Below are positions 7,348 through 19,419 of a stretch of DNA of 34,901 nucleotides, piece after piece. Numbering within the stretch: position 1 is the stretch's first letter; each line of letters starts with the position of its first letter. The notes below the pieces were generated by a model. It had not been told where the DNA came from. It ran no database searches and was given only the letters and a program-made list of their open reading frames with translations. The position numbers were made by a program, and so were the translations under genes. Source of the stretch: Candidatus Coatesbacteria bacterium (GTDB taxonomy: Bacteria > RBG-13-66-14); assembly GCA_014728185.1 (NCBI GenBank), contig WJMB01000027.1, forward strand, positions 1 to 34,901. The letters run 5' to 3'.

Positions 7348-8121
7348 CCCTCGGCAACACCGTAACACCGAACGACGACACCCCGATCCCGTCCCCCCTC
7401 CAACCGCGGGGACACCACCCGGGGAAGAGCGCGGTCCCGCCTGCGCGGCGGGAAACCCCGCTCCCCCATCTCCCAGAGCCGGGTGGGCTGGTCTGGGGGC
7501 CGTGGGAAAACGGGCGCGATTCGAGCCCCGTCCCTTCCCGATTGGCCTGGTACCGGCCGTAATCAAGCCCCGCTAAGGCCGTCGTGCCGCCGCCCCGGCG
7601 GATAACCACGGCCGACAAGGGGTCCCGGAAGCAGGTGGACTGGTACCGAAGGGTGCGCCTACAGAGGGCTTGAACAGTCCCGGGCGCGACACCCCGTCGG
7701 TTCGACAAATCCAGACCGCCGCCTGCCCGCCCAGGCGGGCTGGTATAGCCCGGCCCGTTCCACGCTTCGTCGAGACCACCGCGAGACCAACGCGTGTTGA
7801 GCCCCCTTAAGGTAAGGGGGAAGGTCCACGACGCTGGAACACCCTCCGCGCCCTTCCCTGACTTTCCTTGGGTAAGTGCGGATGAGCGAGTGCGGAGCCG
7901 CCGACCGGCGAAGCATCGAGCCGGCGCTATGCCGACCAGCCTCGGCCTCGATCCGCCCCGCGAGGGCGATCCAAACTCCAGTCCGTATCCGAGCGACACC
8001 GGCGTTTCGCGCAACGTCCGCGCAACGGCGTATTGCTCCGGCTATGCCCGCCTCCGGCGAAGAAGCTCCGGCGACGGTCCGCCGCGGTTCCAACACGGCC
8101 GAAAGCGGTTTGAGGTCCAGC

Positions 8122-10191
8122 GTGTCCGAGAATCCAGCCAAACAGACCGCCGCCATCGCCAGGGTGCGCAACGTGGGCATCACCGCCCACATCGACGCTG
8201 GCAAGACCACGCTGACCGAGCGAATCCTTTACTACACGGGCAAGACACACAAGATCGGCGAGGTTCACGACGGGGCCGCCGAGATGGACTGGATGGAGCA
8301 GGAGAAGGAACGCGGCATCACCATCACCTCTGCCGCCACCACCTGCTTCTGGCGTGACCACCGCATCAACATCATCGACACCCCGGGTCACGTCGACTTC
8401 ACCGTCGAGGTGGAGCGCTCTTTGAGAGTTCTGGACGGCGCGGTGGGCGTCTTCTGCGCCGTGGCCGGGGTCCAGCCCCAGTCCGAGACCGTCTGGCGCC
8501 AGGCCGCCCGCTACGGCGTGCCCCGCCTGGCCGTGGTCAACAAGATGGACCGCGTCGGCGCCTCCTACGACCGCGTCCTGGACGACCTGGTCGCCAAGCT
8601 CGACGCCTCGCCGGCGCCGCTGACCATCCCCCTGGGCGCCGAGGAGACCTTTCGCGGGATCATCGACCTGGTCACCCTGGAGCGCGTCGAGTTCGGCGGC
8701 GATTTGGGCCTCGAGGTCCGGCGCTCGCCCCTGGACGACGAAGAGGCCGCCCTGGCCGCGCCCTACCGGGAACGCCTGGTCGAGGTCGCCTGCGACTTCG
8801 ACGACGCCCTGATGGAGGACTACCTCCACGGCCGGGACCCGGAGCCCGCGCGTCTCGTCTCCGCGCTGCGCACCGGCACTCTGGCCTGCGGGCTGCACCC
8901 GGTGCTGGCCGCCAGCGCCCTGCGCAACAAGGGCGTCCAGCCCGTCCTCGACTACGTCGTCGAGCTGCTGCCCAGTCCCCTGGACCGCGGCGCCGTCACC
9001 GGGCTCAACCCCGACTCCGGCGAGCGCGAGACCCGGGAGCCCGATCCCGATCAGCCGGCCACGGCCTATGTCTTCAAGACGGCCACCGACCCCTTCGTCG
9101 GCAAGCTGACCTTCTTCCGGACCTACGCCGGCACCCTGGGCGTCAAAGACAAGCTGCTCAACAGCCACACCGGACGCCAGGTGCGCATCAACCGGCTGCT
9201 CGAGATGCACGCCAACAAGAAGCACGACGTCAAGAGCCTGGGACCCGGGGAGATCGGCGCCGCCGTGGGTCTCAAGGGCTGCCGAACCAACGACACCCTC
9301 TGCGACCCCGCCGCTCCGTTGATCCTGGGCGAGATCGACTTCCCCGAGCCCGTGGTCCGCGTGGCCATCGAGCCCCGCTCCACCGAGGACGAGAAGAAGC
9401 TCGAGGGGGCCCTCGAGGAGCTGGCCGCCGACGATCCGACCTTCACCGCCCACGAGGACGCCGAGACGGGCCAGCGGATCATCTCCGGGATGGGCGAGCT
9501 GCACCTGGAGATCATCGTCGACCGGCTCAAGCGCGAATTCAAGGTCGGCTGCCGCGTCGGCGAGCCCCAGATCGCCTACAAGGAATCCGTCGCCTCCGCC
9601 GCCGTCGGCTCCTTCACCCTCGACCAGCTCCTCGGCGGCAAGCGCCAGTACGCCCGGGTCGAGGTGCGCGTCTCCCCGGCCGAGCCCGGCGAGGGCTTCT
9701 CCTTCTCCGGAACCGTCGACGGCCTGCCCCGCCTCTACCGCGAGGCCGCCGCCGCCGGCTGCCGCCAGGGGATGTACTCCGGCCCCACCGCCGGTTACCC
9801 GATGATCGACGTCCGCGCCGAACTCACCGGGGCCGACTTCGATGACGAGGCCTCCAGCGAAGAGGTCTTCCAGGCCGCCGCCTTCCGGGCCTTCCACGCG
9901 GCCTGCCAGAAGGCCGACCCCCGGGTTTTCGAACCGTTGATGCTCCTGGAGATAACCTGTCCCGAGGACTTCGTCGGCAACGTGATGAAAGACCTCGTCA
10001 CCCGCAAGGGCCAGATCCTGGAAACCCGGGTCCAGGCCGGCGCCCAGGTCGTCGACGCCCTGGTGCCACTCTCGCGGATGTTCGGCTACGCCACCACCTT
10101 GCGCTCGCTGACCCAGGGCCGCGCCGCCCACCATATGCAGTTCGAGCGCTACGAGCCCGTCCCCGAGGACGCCGAGGGCCGCTGGTGGTAG
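8122..10191 (+). CDS. fusA: Elongation factor G (689 aa with this start)
   Basis: [25 protein letters not shown]...[11 protein letters not shown]...NKMDR are the G-domain motifs, followed by EF-G domains II-V. GTG 8122 was chosen because GAGG (8112-8115) lies 6 nt upstream and it leaves about 14 aa before the P-loop region. The ORF is open from 7876, but that part is R/A/P/S low-complexity. Confidence 0.85.
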   Translation: MSENPAKQTAAIARVRNVGITAHIDAGKTTLTERILYYTGKTHKIGEVHDGAAEMDWMEQEKERGITITSAATTCFWRDHRINIIDTPGHVDFTVEVERSLRVLDGAVGVFCAVAGVQPQSETVWRQAARYGVPRLAVVNKMDRVGASYDRVLDDLVAKLDASPAPLTIPLGAEETFRGIIDLVTLERVEFGGDLGLEVRRSPLDDEEAALAAPYRERLVEVACDFDDALMEDYLHGRDPEPARLVSALRTGTLACGLHPVLAASALRNKGVQPVLDYVVELLPSPLDRGAVTGLNPDSGERETREPDPDQPATAYVFKTATDPFVGKLTFFRTYAGTLGVKDKLLNSHTGRQVRINRLLEMHANKKHDVKSLGPGEIGAAVGLKGCRTNDTLCDPAAPLILGEIDFPEPVVRVAIEPRSTEDEKKLEGALEELAADDPTFTAHEDAETGQRIISGMGELHLEIIVDRLKREFKVGCRVGEPQIAYKESVASAAVGSFTLDQLLGGKRQYARVEVRVSPAEPGEGFSFSGTVDGLPRLYREAAAAGCRQGMYSGPTAGYPMIDVRAELTGADFDDEASSEEVFQAAAFRAFHAACQKADPRVFEPLMLLEITCPEDFVGNVMKDLVTRKGQILETRVQAGAQVVDALVPLSRMFGYATTLRSLTQGRAAHHMQFERYEPVPEDAEGRWW

Positions 10192-10307
10192 CCCGGCCGC
10201 TGGAGCGCCGGACCCGCCCGAGATTCCGTTCCGGTCCCATTCAGGGGTGAGGGCTCCACGCAGAGCGAGCGGTGCGTTGAGCGGCGTAAATGCACCCGCA
10301 GGATAGC

Positions 10308-10337
10308 TTTACTTTGCCGCGCGGACTGTGTTATATT
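10308..10337 (+). promoter_or_regulatory. sigma-70-type promoter candidate upstream of tuf
   Basis: TTTACT (10308-10313), 18-nt spacer, TATATT (10332-10337), within the 425-nt fusA-tuf spacer. Confidence 0.4.
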
Positions 10338-10616
10338 CTCCGCCCTTTGCCCAGGCGCCCGATGAACGGCGCCCCGGGCCGAATCGTCATCGGCCGTATT
10401 TCGATCCGTCGGCGGCGAAGCGAGCGGAAGAACGAAATCCCCCGGGCTGCGAGATAACGATAGGGACCTGGATCGGAAACGACGGGAACCACAGGCAGGA
10501 GCCGGGGTTTGAGTGAGATGCACTTGAAGACACGTAAAACAGGAAAAGGACAAGAGAGCGAGAAGTCCTAGCGCCCGTTACCACCAGGCTAACCGCCATT
10601 ACCAGGAGATTTGAAG

Positions 10617-11819
<1,203 letters not shown>

Positions 11820-11982
11820 ACGGCAAGCAAACGGCAAGGATAGCCACAAGCGTTTCCGGTTGTGTCGGGGAACGCATGAAAAGCGGGACCGGCGGCGGAA
11901 CAGTCCGCAGGAACAACGCCGCCGGTTCACCCCCACCGGCAACGCGAAACAGCAACCGTTTCCCACAAGCGTAAGAAGGGCC

Positions 11983-12294
11983 ATGGCCACCAGCGACAAG
12001 ATACGCATCCGGCTGCGGGCTTACGATCACCGCCTGCTGGACAAGTCCGTGGAGAACATCGTGGAGACCGTGCGCACCACCGGCGCCGAGATCGTCGGTC
12101 CGGTACCGCTGCCCACGCGGATCCACCGCTTCACGGTCAACCGCTCCCCCCACGTCAACAAGAAATCGCGCGAGCAGTTCGAGATGCGCATCCACAAGCG
12201 CTTGATCGACATCCTCAAGCCCACCGCGGAGACCACCGACGCCCTGATGCGTCTGGACCTGCCCGCCGGGGTGGACGTCGACATCAAGCTGTAG
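11983..12294 (+). CDS. rpsJ: 30S ribosomal protein S10
   Basis: [22 protein letters not shown]...[23 protein letters not shown]. Internal ATG of ORF 11860..12294, preceded by AAGAAGGG. Confidence 0.93.
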   Translation: MATSDKIRIRLRAYDHRLLDKSVENIVETVRTTGAEIVGPVPLPTRIHRFTVNRSPHVNKKSREQFEMRIHKRLIDILKPTAETTDALMRLDLPAGVDVDIKL

Positions 12295-12321
12295 CGGACG
12301 CCAAGCGCCAGGAGAACAGCA

Positions 12322-12942
12322 GTGCTCAAGGGACTAATCGGACGCAAGCTGGGAATGACCCAGATCTACCACGAGGACACGCTGATACCGGTGACCGTCC
12401 TCGAACTGGGCCCCTGCACCGTCACCGCCGTACGCACCCCGGACCGCAACGGTTACTCGGCGGTCCAGGTGGGCTACGGCGCGGCCAAAGAGAAAAAGCT
12501 CTCCAAACCGCTGCGCGGGCAGTTCGCCAAGGTCGGCGTGGAGCCCCGCAACTGGCTCGTCGAGCTGCCCTGCGACGCCGAGGACGCTTACGAGGCCGGC
12601 CAGACCTTCGACGTGGGCATCTTCGCCGAGGTGCAGTCCGTCGACATCAGCGGCCGGACCAAGGGCCGGGGCTTCGCCGGCAACGTCAAGCGCCACGGCT
12701 TCGCCGGCGGTCCCAAGACCCACGGCAGCAAGTTCCACCGCGCGCCGGGCTCCATCGGCGCCTGCGCCTGGCCCTCCAAGGTCGTCAAGGGCAAGCGGAT
12801 GGCCGGCCACTTCGGCGACGAGAACTTCACCGTGCGCAATCTGAAGGTCGTCCGGGTGGACGCCGAGAACAATCTGCTCTACGTCAAGGGCGCCGTCCCC
12901 GGCGCCAAGGGCGGACGCATCGTCGTCCGCGTACGGGGTTAA
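12322..12942 (+). CDS. rplC: 50S ribosomal protein L3
   Basis: (M)[15 protein letters not shown]...[16 protein letters not shown] start with AGGAG upstream. Confidence 0.95.
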   Translation: MLKGLIGRKLGMTQIYHEDTLIPVTVLELGPCTVTAVRTPDRNGYSAVQVGYGAAKEKKLSKPLRGQFAKVGVEPRNWLVELPCDAEDAYEAGQTFDVGIFAEVQSVDISGRTKGRGFAGNVKRHGFAGGPKTHGSKFHRAPGSIGACAWPSKVVKGKRMAGHFGDENFTVRNLKVVRVDAENNLLYVKGAVPGAKGGRIVVRVRG

Positions 12943-12944
12943 CC

Positions 12945-13562
12945 ATGCTGACACTGGACGTTTACAACCGCGAGGGCGAGAAGGTCGACTCCCTGGAACT
13001 CCCCCTGGAGCCCCTCGATGAGCCCACGCTCACCGTTTCCAACGCCGTGCGCGCCCATCTGGCCAACCGGCGCAGCGGCACCGCCTCGACCAAGACCCGG
13101 GCCGAGGTCCGCGGCGGCGGGCGCAAGCCCTGGCGTCAGAAGGGCACCGGCCGCGCCCGCCACGGCTCCCGGCGCAGCCCCATCTGGCGCACCGGCGGGA
13201 TCATCTTCGGCCCCCGGCCCCGCGACTATTCGCAGAGGCTGCCCAAGAAGGTCCGGCGGCGCGCCCTTTACGAGGCGCTGGGTTTCCGCTCCACCAGCAT
13301 CCGCATCGTCGACGAGCTCGAGATGAACGAGCCCAAGACCCGGGAAATCTACCGGGTGCTGGGCAACCTCGAGGCCCGGCGCAAGCCCCTGTTGGTGACC
13401 GTGGACTCCGACCGGACCCTCTGGAAGTCCTGCCGCAACATCCCGGGCTGCCGCCTGACCCGGGTCGCCGATCTCAACCCCCATCTGGTGCTCTGGCACG
13501 AGAATCTGATCTTCACCCGCCCGGCCGCCGAGGCCCTGGCGCAGCGATTGAAGGCGGTGTAG
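12945..13562 (+). CDS. rplD: 50S ribosomal protein L4
   Basis: Carries KPWRQKGTGRARHGS, the L4 hallmark. Operon position agrees. Confidence 0.95.
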   Translation: MLTLDVYNREGEKVDSLELPLEPLDEPTLTVSNAVRAHLANRRSGTASTKTRAEVRGGGRKPWRQKGTGRARHGSRRSPIWRTGGIIFGPRPRDYSQRLPKKVRRRALYEALGFRSTSIRIVDELEMNEPKTREIYRVLGNLEARRKPLLVTVDSDRTLWKSCRNIPGCRLTRVADLNPHLVLWHENLIFTRPAAEALAQRLKAV

Positions 13563-13563
13563 C

Positions 13564-13854
13564 ATGAGAGAGCCCCACGAAATCCTGCTCAGCCCCGTCG
13601 TGGGCGACAAGGCCGCCGATCAGCGCGAGGGTCAGAACAAGTATCACTTCGTGGTCATCGGCGACGCCAACAAGATCGAGATCAAGCACGCCGTCGAGCA
13701 GGCCTTCAAGGTCAAGGTGGTCCGGGTCAACACGGCCAACTTCCCCGGCAAGAAGCGCCGCGTGCGCTTCAAGGAAGGCCGCACGGCGGCCTACAAGAAG
13801 GCCATCGTCACCCTGGCCCCGGACAACCGGATCAATATCTTCGAAAACGCCTGA
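13564..13854 (+). CDS. rplW: 50S ribosomal protein L23
   Basis: Carries YHFVV...[23 protein letters not shown]. Operon position agrees. Confidence 0.95.
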   Translation: MREPHEILLSPVVGDKAADQREGQNKYHFVVIGDANKIEIKHAVEQAFKVKVVRVNTANFPGKKRRVRFKEGRTAAYKKAIVTLAPDNRINIFENA

Positions 13855-13876
13855 TCGATCCCGCGAGGAGAGTGCA

Positions 13877-14740
13877 ATGCCAGTCAAGAAGATGAAGCCG
13901 ACCTCGTCGGGTACCCGCCACGCCAGCCGCCTGGTGGTGGAGGAGCTCTCCAAGGAGCGCTCCCCCAAGGCGCTGCGCAAGGCCAAGAAGCGCACCAACG
14001 GCCGCAACAACACCGGCCGGATCACGATGCGCCGACGCGGCGGCGGACACAAGCGCCAACTGCGCACCGTCGACTTCAAGCGCAACAAGGACGGTGTCCC
14101 CGGCGTCGTCGCCGCCATCGACTACGATCCCAACCGCTCGGCCAACCTGGCCCGCGTCAAATATCTGGACGGCGAGTGGCGCTACATTCTGCACCCGCGC
14201 AACGTCAAGGTCGGCGACACCGTCATCAGCGGCGAGATCGCCGAGGTCAAGCCGGGTAACGCCATGCCCCTGCGCTCGATCCCCCTGGGCCAGTTGGTCC
14301 ACTGCGTCGAGCTCAAGCCGGGCAAGGGCGGGCAGTTGGCGCGCAGCGCCGGCTCCTGGGCCCGTCTGGCCGCCAAGGAGGGCGACTGGGGCCACCTGCG
14401 TCTGCCCTCGGGCGAGGTCCGTCTGGTCAACCTGGCCTGCCGGGCCACCATCGGTCAGGTCGCCCTGTCCGAGAAGAACCAGGTCGTGCTGGGCAAGGCC
14501 GGACGCAAGCGCTGGCTAGGGCGCCGCCCCAAGGTGCGCGGTGTCTCGATGAACCCCGTCGACCACCCCCACGGCGGCGGCGAGGGCCGCACCGCCGGCG
14601 GTCGCCACCCCGTCTCGCCCTGGGGCAAGCTGACCAAGGGCAAGCGCACCCGCAAGAAGACCAACCGCTACGTGGTGCTGGGCCGCCGTCGCGGCAAGCA
14701 GGCCGGCGCCCGGGTCAAGGGCCAGGTCAAGAGCTCCTGA
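13877..14740 (+). CDS. rplB: 50S ribosomal protein L2
   Basis: [15 protein letters not shown]...[14 protein letters not shown]. It has a short basic C-terminal tail. Confidence 0.97.
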   Translation: MPVKKMKPTSSGTRHASRLVVEELSKERSPKALRKAKKRTNGRNNTGRITMRRRGGGHKRQLRTVDFKRNKDGVPGVVAAIDYDPNRSANLARVKYLDGEWRYILHPRNVKVGDTVISGEIAEVKPGNAMPLRSIPLGQLVHCVELKPGKGGQLARSAGSWARLAAKEGDWGHLRLPSGEVRLVNLACRATIGQVALSEKNQVVLGKAGRKRWLGRRPKVRGVSMNPVDHPHGGGEGRTAGGRHPVSPWGKLTKGKRTRKKTNRYVVLGRRRGKQAGARVKGQVKSS

Positions 14741-14821
14741 GGAGACTCGCCGCGGACAGCCATGAGCCGGACCCCGCACTCCGTTCCGTAGCGTTAAAAC
14801 AACCATCACGAGGACCAGCCG

Positions 14822-15106
14822 ATGTCGCGTTCTATCAAGAAGGGGCCCTTCGTAGACCCCAAACTGTTGGCCAAGATAGAGGAACTCAACCGGACCGGCG
14901 AGCGCAAGGTCATCCGCACCTGGGCCAGGCGCTCAACGATTCCGCCCGAGTTCATCCGCCACACCATCGCGGTCTACAACGGCCGCAAGCACATCCCGGT
15001 CTACATCACCGAAGAGATGGTGGGCCACAAGCTGGGCGAGTTCGCCCCCACCCGGACCTTCCGCTCCCACGGCGGCAGGGGCGGGCGCTCCACGGCGCTG
15101 AAGTAG
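14822..15106 (+). CDS. rpsS: 30S ribosomal protein S19
   Basis: [16 protein letters not shown]...[24 protein letters not shown]. Confidence 0.97.
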   Translation: MSRSIKKGPFVDPKLLAKIEELNRTGERKVIRTWARRSTIPPEFIRHTIAVYNGRKHIPVYITEEMVGHKLGEFAPTRTFRSHGGRGGRSTALK

Positions 15107-15327
15107 CCGAAGCAGCTGAGATTGCTGAAGTACGGCCGTTGGGTGATAGTCGCCATGAAAAACGCCCCGCCCGTCGCGACCGCCGAGTCCGCACTCGCCG
15201 TCCCGGGGGACTGGAACAAGCCGTACGACGATACACCAAGACCGACCTATACCCAGGATCAGCCCGGCCCCGCAGAAACATCGACCCGTCAGGGCGTCGG
15301 AAGCCCGGGAAAAAAGGATCTCCAACG

Positions 15328-15687
15328 ATGCTTGCCAGAATCAAATACGTGCGGATCTCCCCCTTCAAGCTGCGTCGCGTCGCCGACGTGGTCCGGGGCC
15401 GCAACGTCAACGAGGCCATCGCCCTTTTGGATCACATGCGGGGCGCCGGCGCGCCGATCATCGGCAAACTGCTGCGCTCTGCCCTGGCCAACGCCGCCTC
15501 CAACGATCTCGACGGCGTCCTCGACCTGGACTCCCTGGTTGTCAAGGAGATCCAGATCGATCAGGGGCCGACCCTCAAGCGCATTCGTTTCAAGGCCAAG
15601 GGCATGTTCGGCCGCATCCGCAAGCGGACCAGCAAGGCGATGGTCCGTCTGGCCGAGCCCGCAGCCGTCGCCCAAGACAGGGAGTAA
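15328..15687 (+). CDS. rplV: 50S ribosomal protein L22 (119 aa)
   Basis: MLARIKYVRISPFKLRRVADVVRGRNVNEAIALL. Internal ATG of ORF 15139..15687 with AAAAGGA upstream. The 63 upstream codons are junk-like. Confidence 0.9.
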   Translation: MLARIKYVRISPFKLRRVADVVRGRNVNEAIALLDHMRGAGAPIIGKLLRSALANAASNDLDGVLDLDSLVVKEIQIDQGPTLKRIRFKAKGMFGRIRKRTSKAMVRLAEPAAVAQDRE

Positions 15688-15693
15688 CAAGCG

Positions 15694-16431
15694 ATGGGAC
15701 AGAAGACCCACCCCACCGGATTCCGCCTGGGCTACATCAAGCCCTGGAAGTCCCGCTGGTTCGCCCGCGGCGACGTCTACCGCAAGCAGCTACACCAGGA
15801 CCTGCGGCTGCGCACGGAGCTCAAGCAGCGCTTCTACGGCGCCGGCATCAGCTCCATCGAGTTCGAGCGTCTGCCCAACCTGGTCACCATCATCCTGCGC
15901 AGCAGCCGCCCCGGGATCATCATCGGCCGCAAGGGCTCCCAGGTCAACGAGTTGCGTGACGAGCTGGCCGCCCGACTGGGCAAGCCGGTCAAGGTGCTCA
16001 TCGACGAGGTGCGCTCCCCGGAGACCGACGCCCAGCTCGTGGCCGAGAACGTCGCCCAGCAGCTCGAGAAGCGCATCAGCTTCCGCCGGGCGATGAAGAA
16101 GGTCCAGGAGGCCGCCCTGCGCCGCGGCGCCCAGGGGGTCAAGATCATCTGTTCGGGACGCCTGGGCGGCGCCGAGATGAGCCGCTCCGAGCGCTACATC
16201 TCCGGCCGCGTGCCCCTGCACACCCTGCGCGCCGACATCGACTTCGGCCTGGCCGAGGCCCGCACCACCGCCGGCCGCATCGGCGTCAAGGTCTGGATCT
16301 ACCACGGCGAGAAGCTGCCCGGCACCGAGGGACTCACCGGCGCCGAAATCAACGCCCCCCGCGGCGACGGCCACGGCCGACGCCGTCGGCCGCCCCGAGG
16401 CGACCGACGCGGCGGCGGTAAGAGGAGATAG
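15694..16431 (+). CDS. rpsC: 30S ribosomal protein S3 (with R/G-rich C-terminal tail)
   Basis: [23 protein letters not shown]...[12 protein letters not shown]. The tail is [22 protein letters not shown]. Confidence 0.96.
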   Translation: MGQKTHPTGFRLGYIKPWKSRWFARGDVYRKQLHQDLRLRTELKQRFYGAGISSIEFERLPNLVTIILRSSRPGIIIGRKGSQVNELRDELAARLGKPVKVLIDEVRSPETDAQLVAENVAQQLEKRISFRRAMKKVQEAALRRGAQGVKIICSGRLGGAEMSRSERYISGRVPLHTLRADIDFGLAEARTTAGRIGVKVWIYHGEKLPGTEGLTGAEINAPRGDGHGRRRRPPRGDRRGGGKRR

Positions 16432-16433
16432 CG

Positions 16434-16838
<405 letters not shown>

Positions 16839-16872
16839 ACCCGGCGGGGAGCCGGCAATTAAAGGAATCGTC

Positions 16873-17079
16873 ATGAAGGCCAAAGACATCCGCCAGATGA
16901 CCGACGCGGAGCTGGAGAGCAAGTGCGCCGAGCTGACCGAAGAGCTGATGAATCTGCGCTTTCAGCTCAAGATGAAACAGCTCTCCAATCCGGCCCGCAT
17001 CTACCTGGTGCGCAAGGATATCGCCCGCATCAAGACCATCATCCGGGAGCGCCGCGAGCCCTCCCCCAGCCAGGGTTAA
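16873..17079 (+). CDS. rpmC: 50S ribosomal protein L29
   Basis: [31 protein letters not shown]. Confidence 0.93.
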   Translation: MKAKDIRQMTDAELESKCAELTEELMNLRFQLKMKQLSNPARIYLVRKDIARIKTIIRERREPSPSQG

Positions 17080-17082
17080 CCG

Positions 17083-17340
17083 ATGGCTACCAGCAACCGC
17101 AAACGCCGTATCGGCCGGGCGGCCTCCGACGCCCACCAGAAGACCGTAGTGGTGGTCGTCGAGCGTCGTCAAGCCCACCCCCTATATAAGAAGACGATCA
17201 GTCTCTCCAGCCGCTTTTTGGCCCACGACGAGAAGAACGAGGTTCGGGCCGGCGACCAGGTGCTGATCGAGGAGACGCGTCCGCTCTCGAAACGCAAGTG
17301 TTGGCGCGTATTGGAGATACTGGAACGGGCGACCGTCTAG
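17083..17340 (+). CDS. rpsQ: 30S ribosomal protein S17
   Basis: Carries HPLYKKTISLSSRFLAHDEKNEVRAGDQVLIEETRPLSKRKCW. Confidence 0.93.
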   Translation: MATSNRKRRIGRAASDAHQKTVVVVVERRQAHPLYKKTISLSSRFLAHDEKNEVRAGDQVLIEETRPLSKRKCWRVLEILERATV

Positions 17341-17397
17341 CCGCGACCCGGGCCCACCCCCGGTACGCTTCCGGGGATCGCTAAGAAGGCGGCAGCC

Positions 17398-17766
17398 ATG
17401 ATTCAACAGGAAAGCATCCTCAACGTCACCGACAACTCGGGCGCCAAGAAGGCCTTGTGCATCAAGGTCCTGGGCGGCTCCCGCCGCCGATACGCCTCGG
17501 TGGGCGATATCATCGTGGTCACCATCAAGGAGGCCCTGCCCACCAGCCAGATCAAGGCCGGCACCGTTATCCGCGCCGTCGTGGTACGCACGCGCAAGGA
17601 GATCCGTCGTCGCGACGGCTCCTACATCCGCTTCGACGACAACGCCGCGGTGATTCTCAACGAGGCCGGCGAGCCCGTGGCCACCCGGGTCTTCGGACCC
17701 GTCGCCCGCGAGCTGCGCGAGAAGAAGTTCTTCCGCGTGGTCGCCCTGGCTCCGGAGGTGCTCTAG
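17398..17766 (+). CDS. rplN: 50S ribosomal protein L14
   Basis: [33 protein letters not shown]. Confidence 0.97.
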   Translation: MIQQESILNVTDNSGAKKALCIKVLGGSRRRYASVGDIIVVTIKEALPTSQIKAGTVIRAVVVRTRKEIRRRDGSYIRFDDNAAVILNEAGEPVATRVFGPVARELREKKFFRVVALAPEVL

Positions 17767-18086
17767 TGTCCCGTCCGACCAGACTGCGCAAGGGCGATAC
17801 CGTCCAGGTCCTCACCGGTGAGGACAAGGGCAAGCGCGGAGAGATTCTCAAGATCGATCTCGAGAAGCGCCGCGCCATCGTCCAGGGTATCAATTTCGTC
17901 AAGAAGCATCAGCGTCAGACCCGCCAGGACGTCCAGGGCGGCATCATCGAGCTCGAGGCGCCCGTGGCCCTCTCCAATCTGATGCGCGTCTGTCCCAAGT
18001 GCGGCAAGCCGACCCGGATCGGCGTCGCGCGCAAGGACAAAGAGCGTAAACGGGTCTGCAAAGGCTGTGGAGCCGAGAGCGAGTAG
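17766..18086 (+). CDS. rplX: 50S ribosomal protein L24 (Zn-ribbon-containing form, 106 aa)
   Basis: GTG 17766 overlaps the rplN stop (TAGTG). The product has LRKGDTVQVLTGEDKGKRGEI (KOW motif) and a C-terminal CPKC...CKGC. Confidence 0.9.
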   Translation: MSRPTRLRKGDTVQVLTGEDKGKRGEILKIDLEKRRAIVQGINFVKKHQRQTRQDVQGGIIELEAPVALSNLMRVCPKCGKPTRIGVARKDKERKRVCKGCGAESE

Positions 18087-18095
18087 GAGGCAGGC

Positions 18096-18656
18096 GTGAG
18101 TCCACGTCTCAAGGAAATCTACGAAACCAAGGTCCGGCCGGCCCTCACCAAGCGCTTCGGCTATACCAACCCGATGCAGGTTCCGCGGCTGACCAAGATC
18201 GTGCTCAACCGGGGCATCGGCGACTCCAAGGACAACCCCAAGTCCGTCGAAGGCGCCATGGAAGAGCTGACCGCGATCACCGGACAGAAGCCGGTGCTGA
18301 CCAAGGCCAAGAAGTCCATCGCCCAGTTCAAGATCCGCGAGGGCTTCATCGTCGGCTGTCGAGTCACTCTGCGCCGCGCACGGATGTACGAGTTCTTCGA
18401 CCGTCTGGTCAACCTCTCCCTGCCGCAGATCCGCGACTTCCAGGGCGTGGGCGACCGCTCCTTCGACGGCCGGGGCAACTTCAACCTGGGCCTGCGCGAG
18501 CAGTTGATCTTCCCCGAGATCAACTACGACGACATCGCCCAGATCGCCGGTCTGACCGTTACCATCTGCACCAACGCCCCCAACGATGAAGAGGCCAAGG
18601 CGCTGTTGGAGGAATTGGGCATGCCCTTCGCCAAACCCACCGCGGCGAAGGCCTGA
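18096..18656 (+). CDS. rplE: 50S ribosomal protein L5
   Basis: [34 protein letters not shown] start with GGAGG upstream. Confidence 0.96.
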   Translation: MSPRLKEIYETKVRPALTKRFGYTNPMQVPRLTKIVLNRGIGDSKDNPKSVEGAMEELTAITGQKPVLTKAKKSIAQFKIREGFIVGCRVTLRRARMYEFFDRLVNLSLPQIRDFQGVGDRSFDGRGNFNLGLREQLIFPEINYDDIAQIAGLTVTICTNAPNDEEAKALLEELGMPFAKPTAAKA

Positions 18657-18688
18657 GAGTTTATAGCCGGCCAGTTAAGGAGGAACCC

Positions 18689-18874
18689 TTGGCACGGACC
18701 GCATTGAGAGAAAAGGCCAAACGCAAGCAGAAGTACAAGGTCCGGCAGTACACCCGCTGTCCGATCTGCGGGCGCACCCGCGCCTACTACCGGCGCTTCG
18801 ACATGTGCCGCATCTGCTTCCGCAAACTGGCCCTCGAGGGCAAGATCCCCGGTGTGACCAAGGCGAGCTGGTAG
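18689..18874 (+). CDS. rpsN: 30S ribosomal protein S14, type Z (zinc-binding, 61 aa)
   Basis: [28 protein letters not shown]...CRICFR...ASW. TTG start 5 nt after AAGGAGG. Confidence 0.93.
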   Translation: MARTALREKAKRKQKYKVRQYTRCPICGRTRAYYRRFDMCRICFRKLALEGKIPGVTKASW

Positions 18875-18914
18875 CCGCCGGACCGGGTTCACCCACAAGG
18901 TTGAGGTTACTGTT

Positions 18915-19310
18915 ATGGTGATGACCGATCCGATCGCCGATCTGCTGACCCGGATCCGTAACGCCTTCCGCGCCGGACACGACCAGGTCTCCATCGGATA
19001 TTCCAAATTCAAGGAGTCCATCGTCAAGGTTCTGGTCGACGAGGGCTACCTGCATGGCTATCGAATCGTGGAGGGCGACCACCGCGAGATCGAAGTCGAC
19101 ATCAAGTACGGCGAGGACGGCAAGCCGGCCATCCGCGGCCTGGAGAGGGTTTCCAAGCCCGGACTGCGGGTCTACGTCCGCCGCGACACGATTCCCTACG
19201 TCAAGAACGGGCTGGGCGTGGCGGTGATTTCCACCTCCCACGGCGTTCTGCCCGACTACACCGCGCGCAAAGAAGGCGTCGGCGGTGAGTTCGTCTGCCG
19301 GGTCTGGTAG
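18915..19310 (+). CDS. rpsH: 30S ribosomal protein S8
   Basis: MVMTDPIADLLTRIRNA...ISTSHGVL. Confidence 0.96.
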   Translation: MVMTDPIADLLTRIRNAFRAGHDQVSIGYSKFKESIVKVLVDEGYLHGYRIVEGDHREIEVDIKYGEDGKPAIRGLERVSKPGLRVYVRRDTIPYVKNGLGVAVISTSHGVLPDYTARKEGVGGEFVCRVW

Positions 19311-19419
19311 GCGACGCGACCGGAGCAGCGATTCCGGCAGCCTCGGACGGCGCCCCCGGCCCATATGCGGCGCGGAGGCCCCCCGGAACCGGACCCGCAG
19401 AGTCCATCAGGAGACACCA

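Noticed and set aside
7616-7830. Local resemblances within the rpsG-fusA spacer to known RNAs: SRP RNA (CCCGGAAGCAGG), tmRNA 5' end on the minus strand (CTGGATTTGTCGAACCGACGGGG) and the RNase P CR-I box (GGGGGAAGGTCC, or GGAAAGTCAGGG on the minus strand).
   Set aside because: Each is only a short partial match. The SRP GGAA tetraloop is not closed by pairing. There is no tRNA-like 3' end for tmRNA. The RNase P-like boxes are in the wrong order and lack the ACAGAA..GGCTTA partner.
7876-8121. An 82-codon N-terminal extension of EF-G, since the ORF is open from GTG 7876.
   Set aside because: The translated extension is low-complexity R/A/P/S with no EF-G homology. GTG 8122 has a proper GAGG Shine-Dalgarno sequence and gives a normal-length N-terminus.
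7927-10134. Very long antisense ORFs opposite conserved genes. Examples are the 735-aa ORF opposite fusA, plus 10599..12008 opposite tuf, 20374..21879, 21939..23645 opposite secY, 6520..7566 and 529..1452.
   Set aside because: They are classic high-GC shadow frames. Their composition is dominated by G/A/R/P/D/V runs, they show no recognisable domains, and each lies antisense to an unmistakable conserved gene.
13495-13510. Other TGGCACG occurrences (rplD at about 13497, the rpsN start at about 18693, rpmD at about 21344, and the minus strand at about 34726-34732) as additional sigma-54 sites.
   Set aside because: None has TTGC four bases downstream, and three lie inside or at the start of coding sequence. 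Only the four palindrome arms match the full -24/-12 core.
17990-18086. Zinc-ribbon motifs in L24 (CPKC...CKGC), S14, S4 and L36 as a novelty.
   Set aside because: Cys-containing (C+) forms of these r-proteins are well known, for example in the Thermus type. This is a taxonomic trait, not a new feature.
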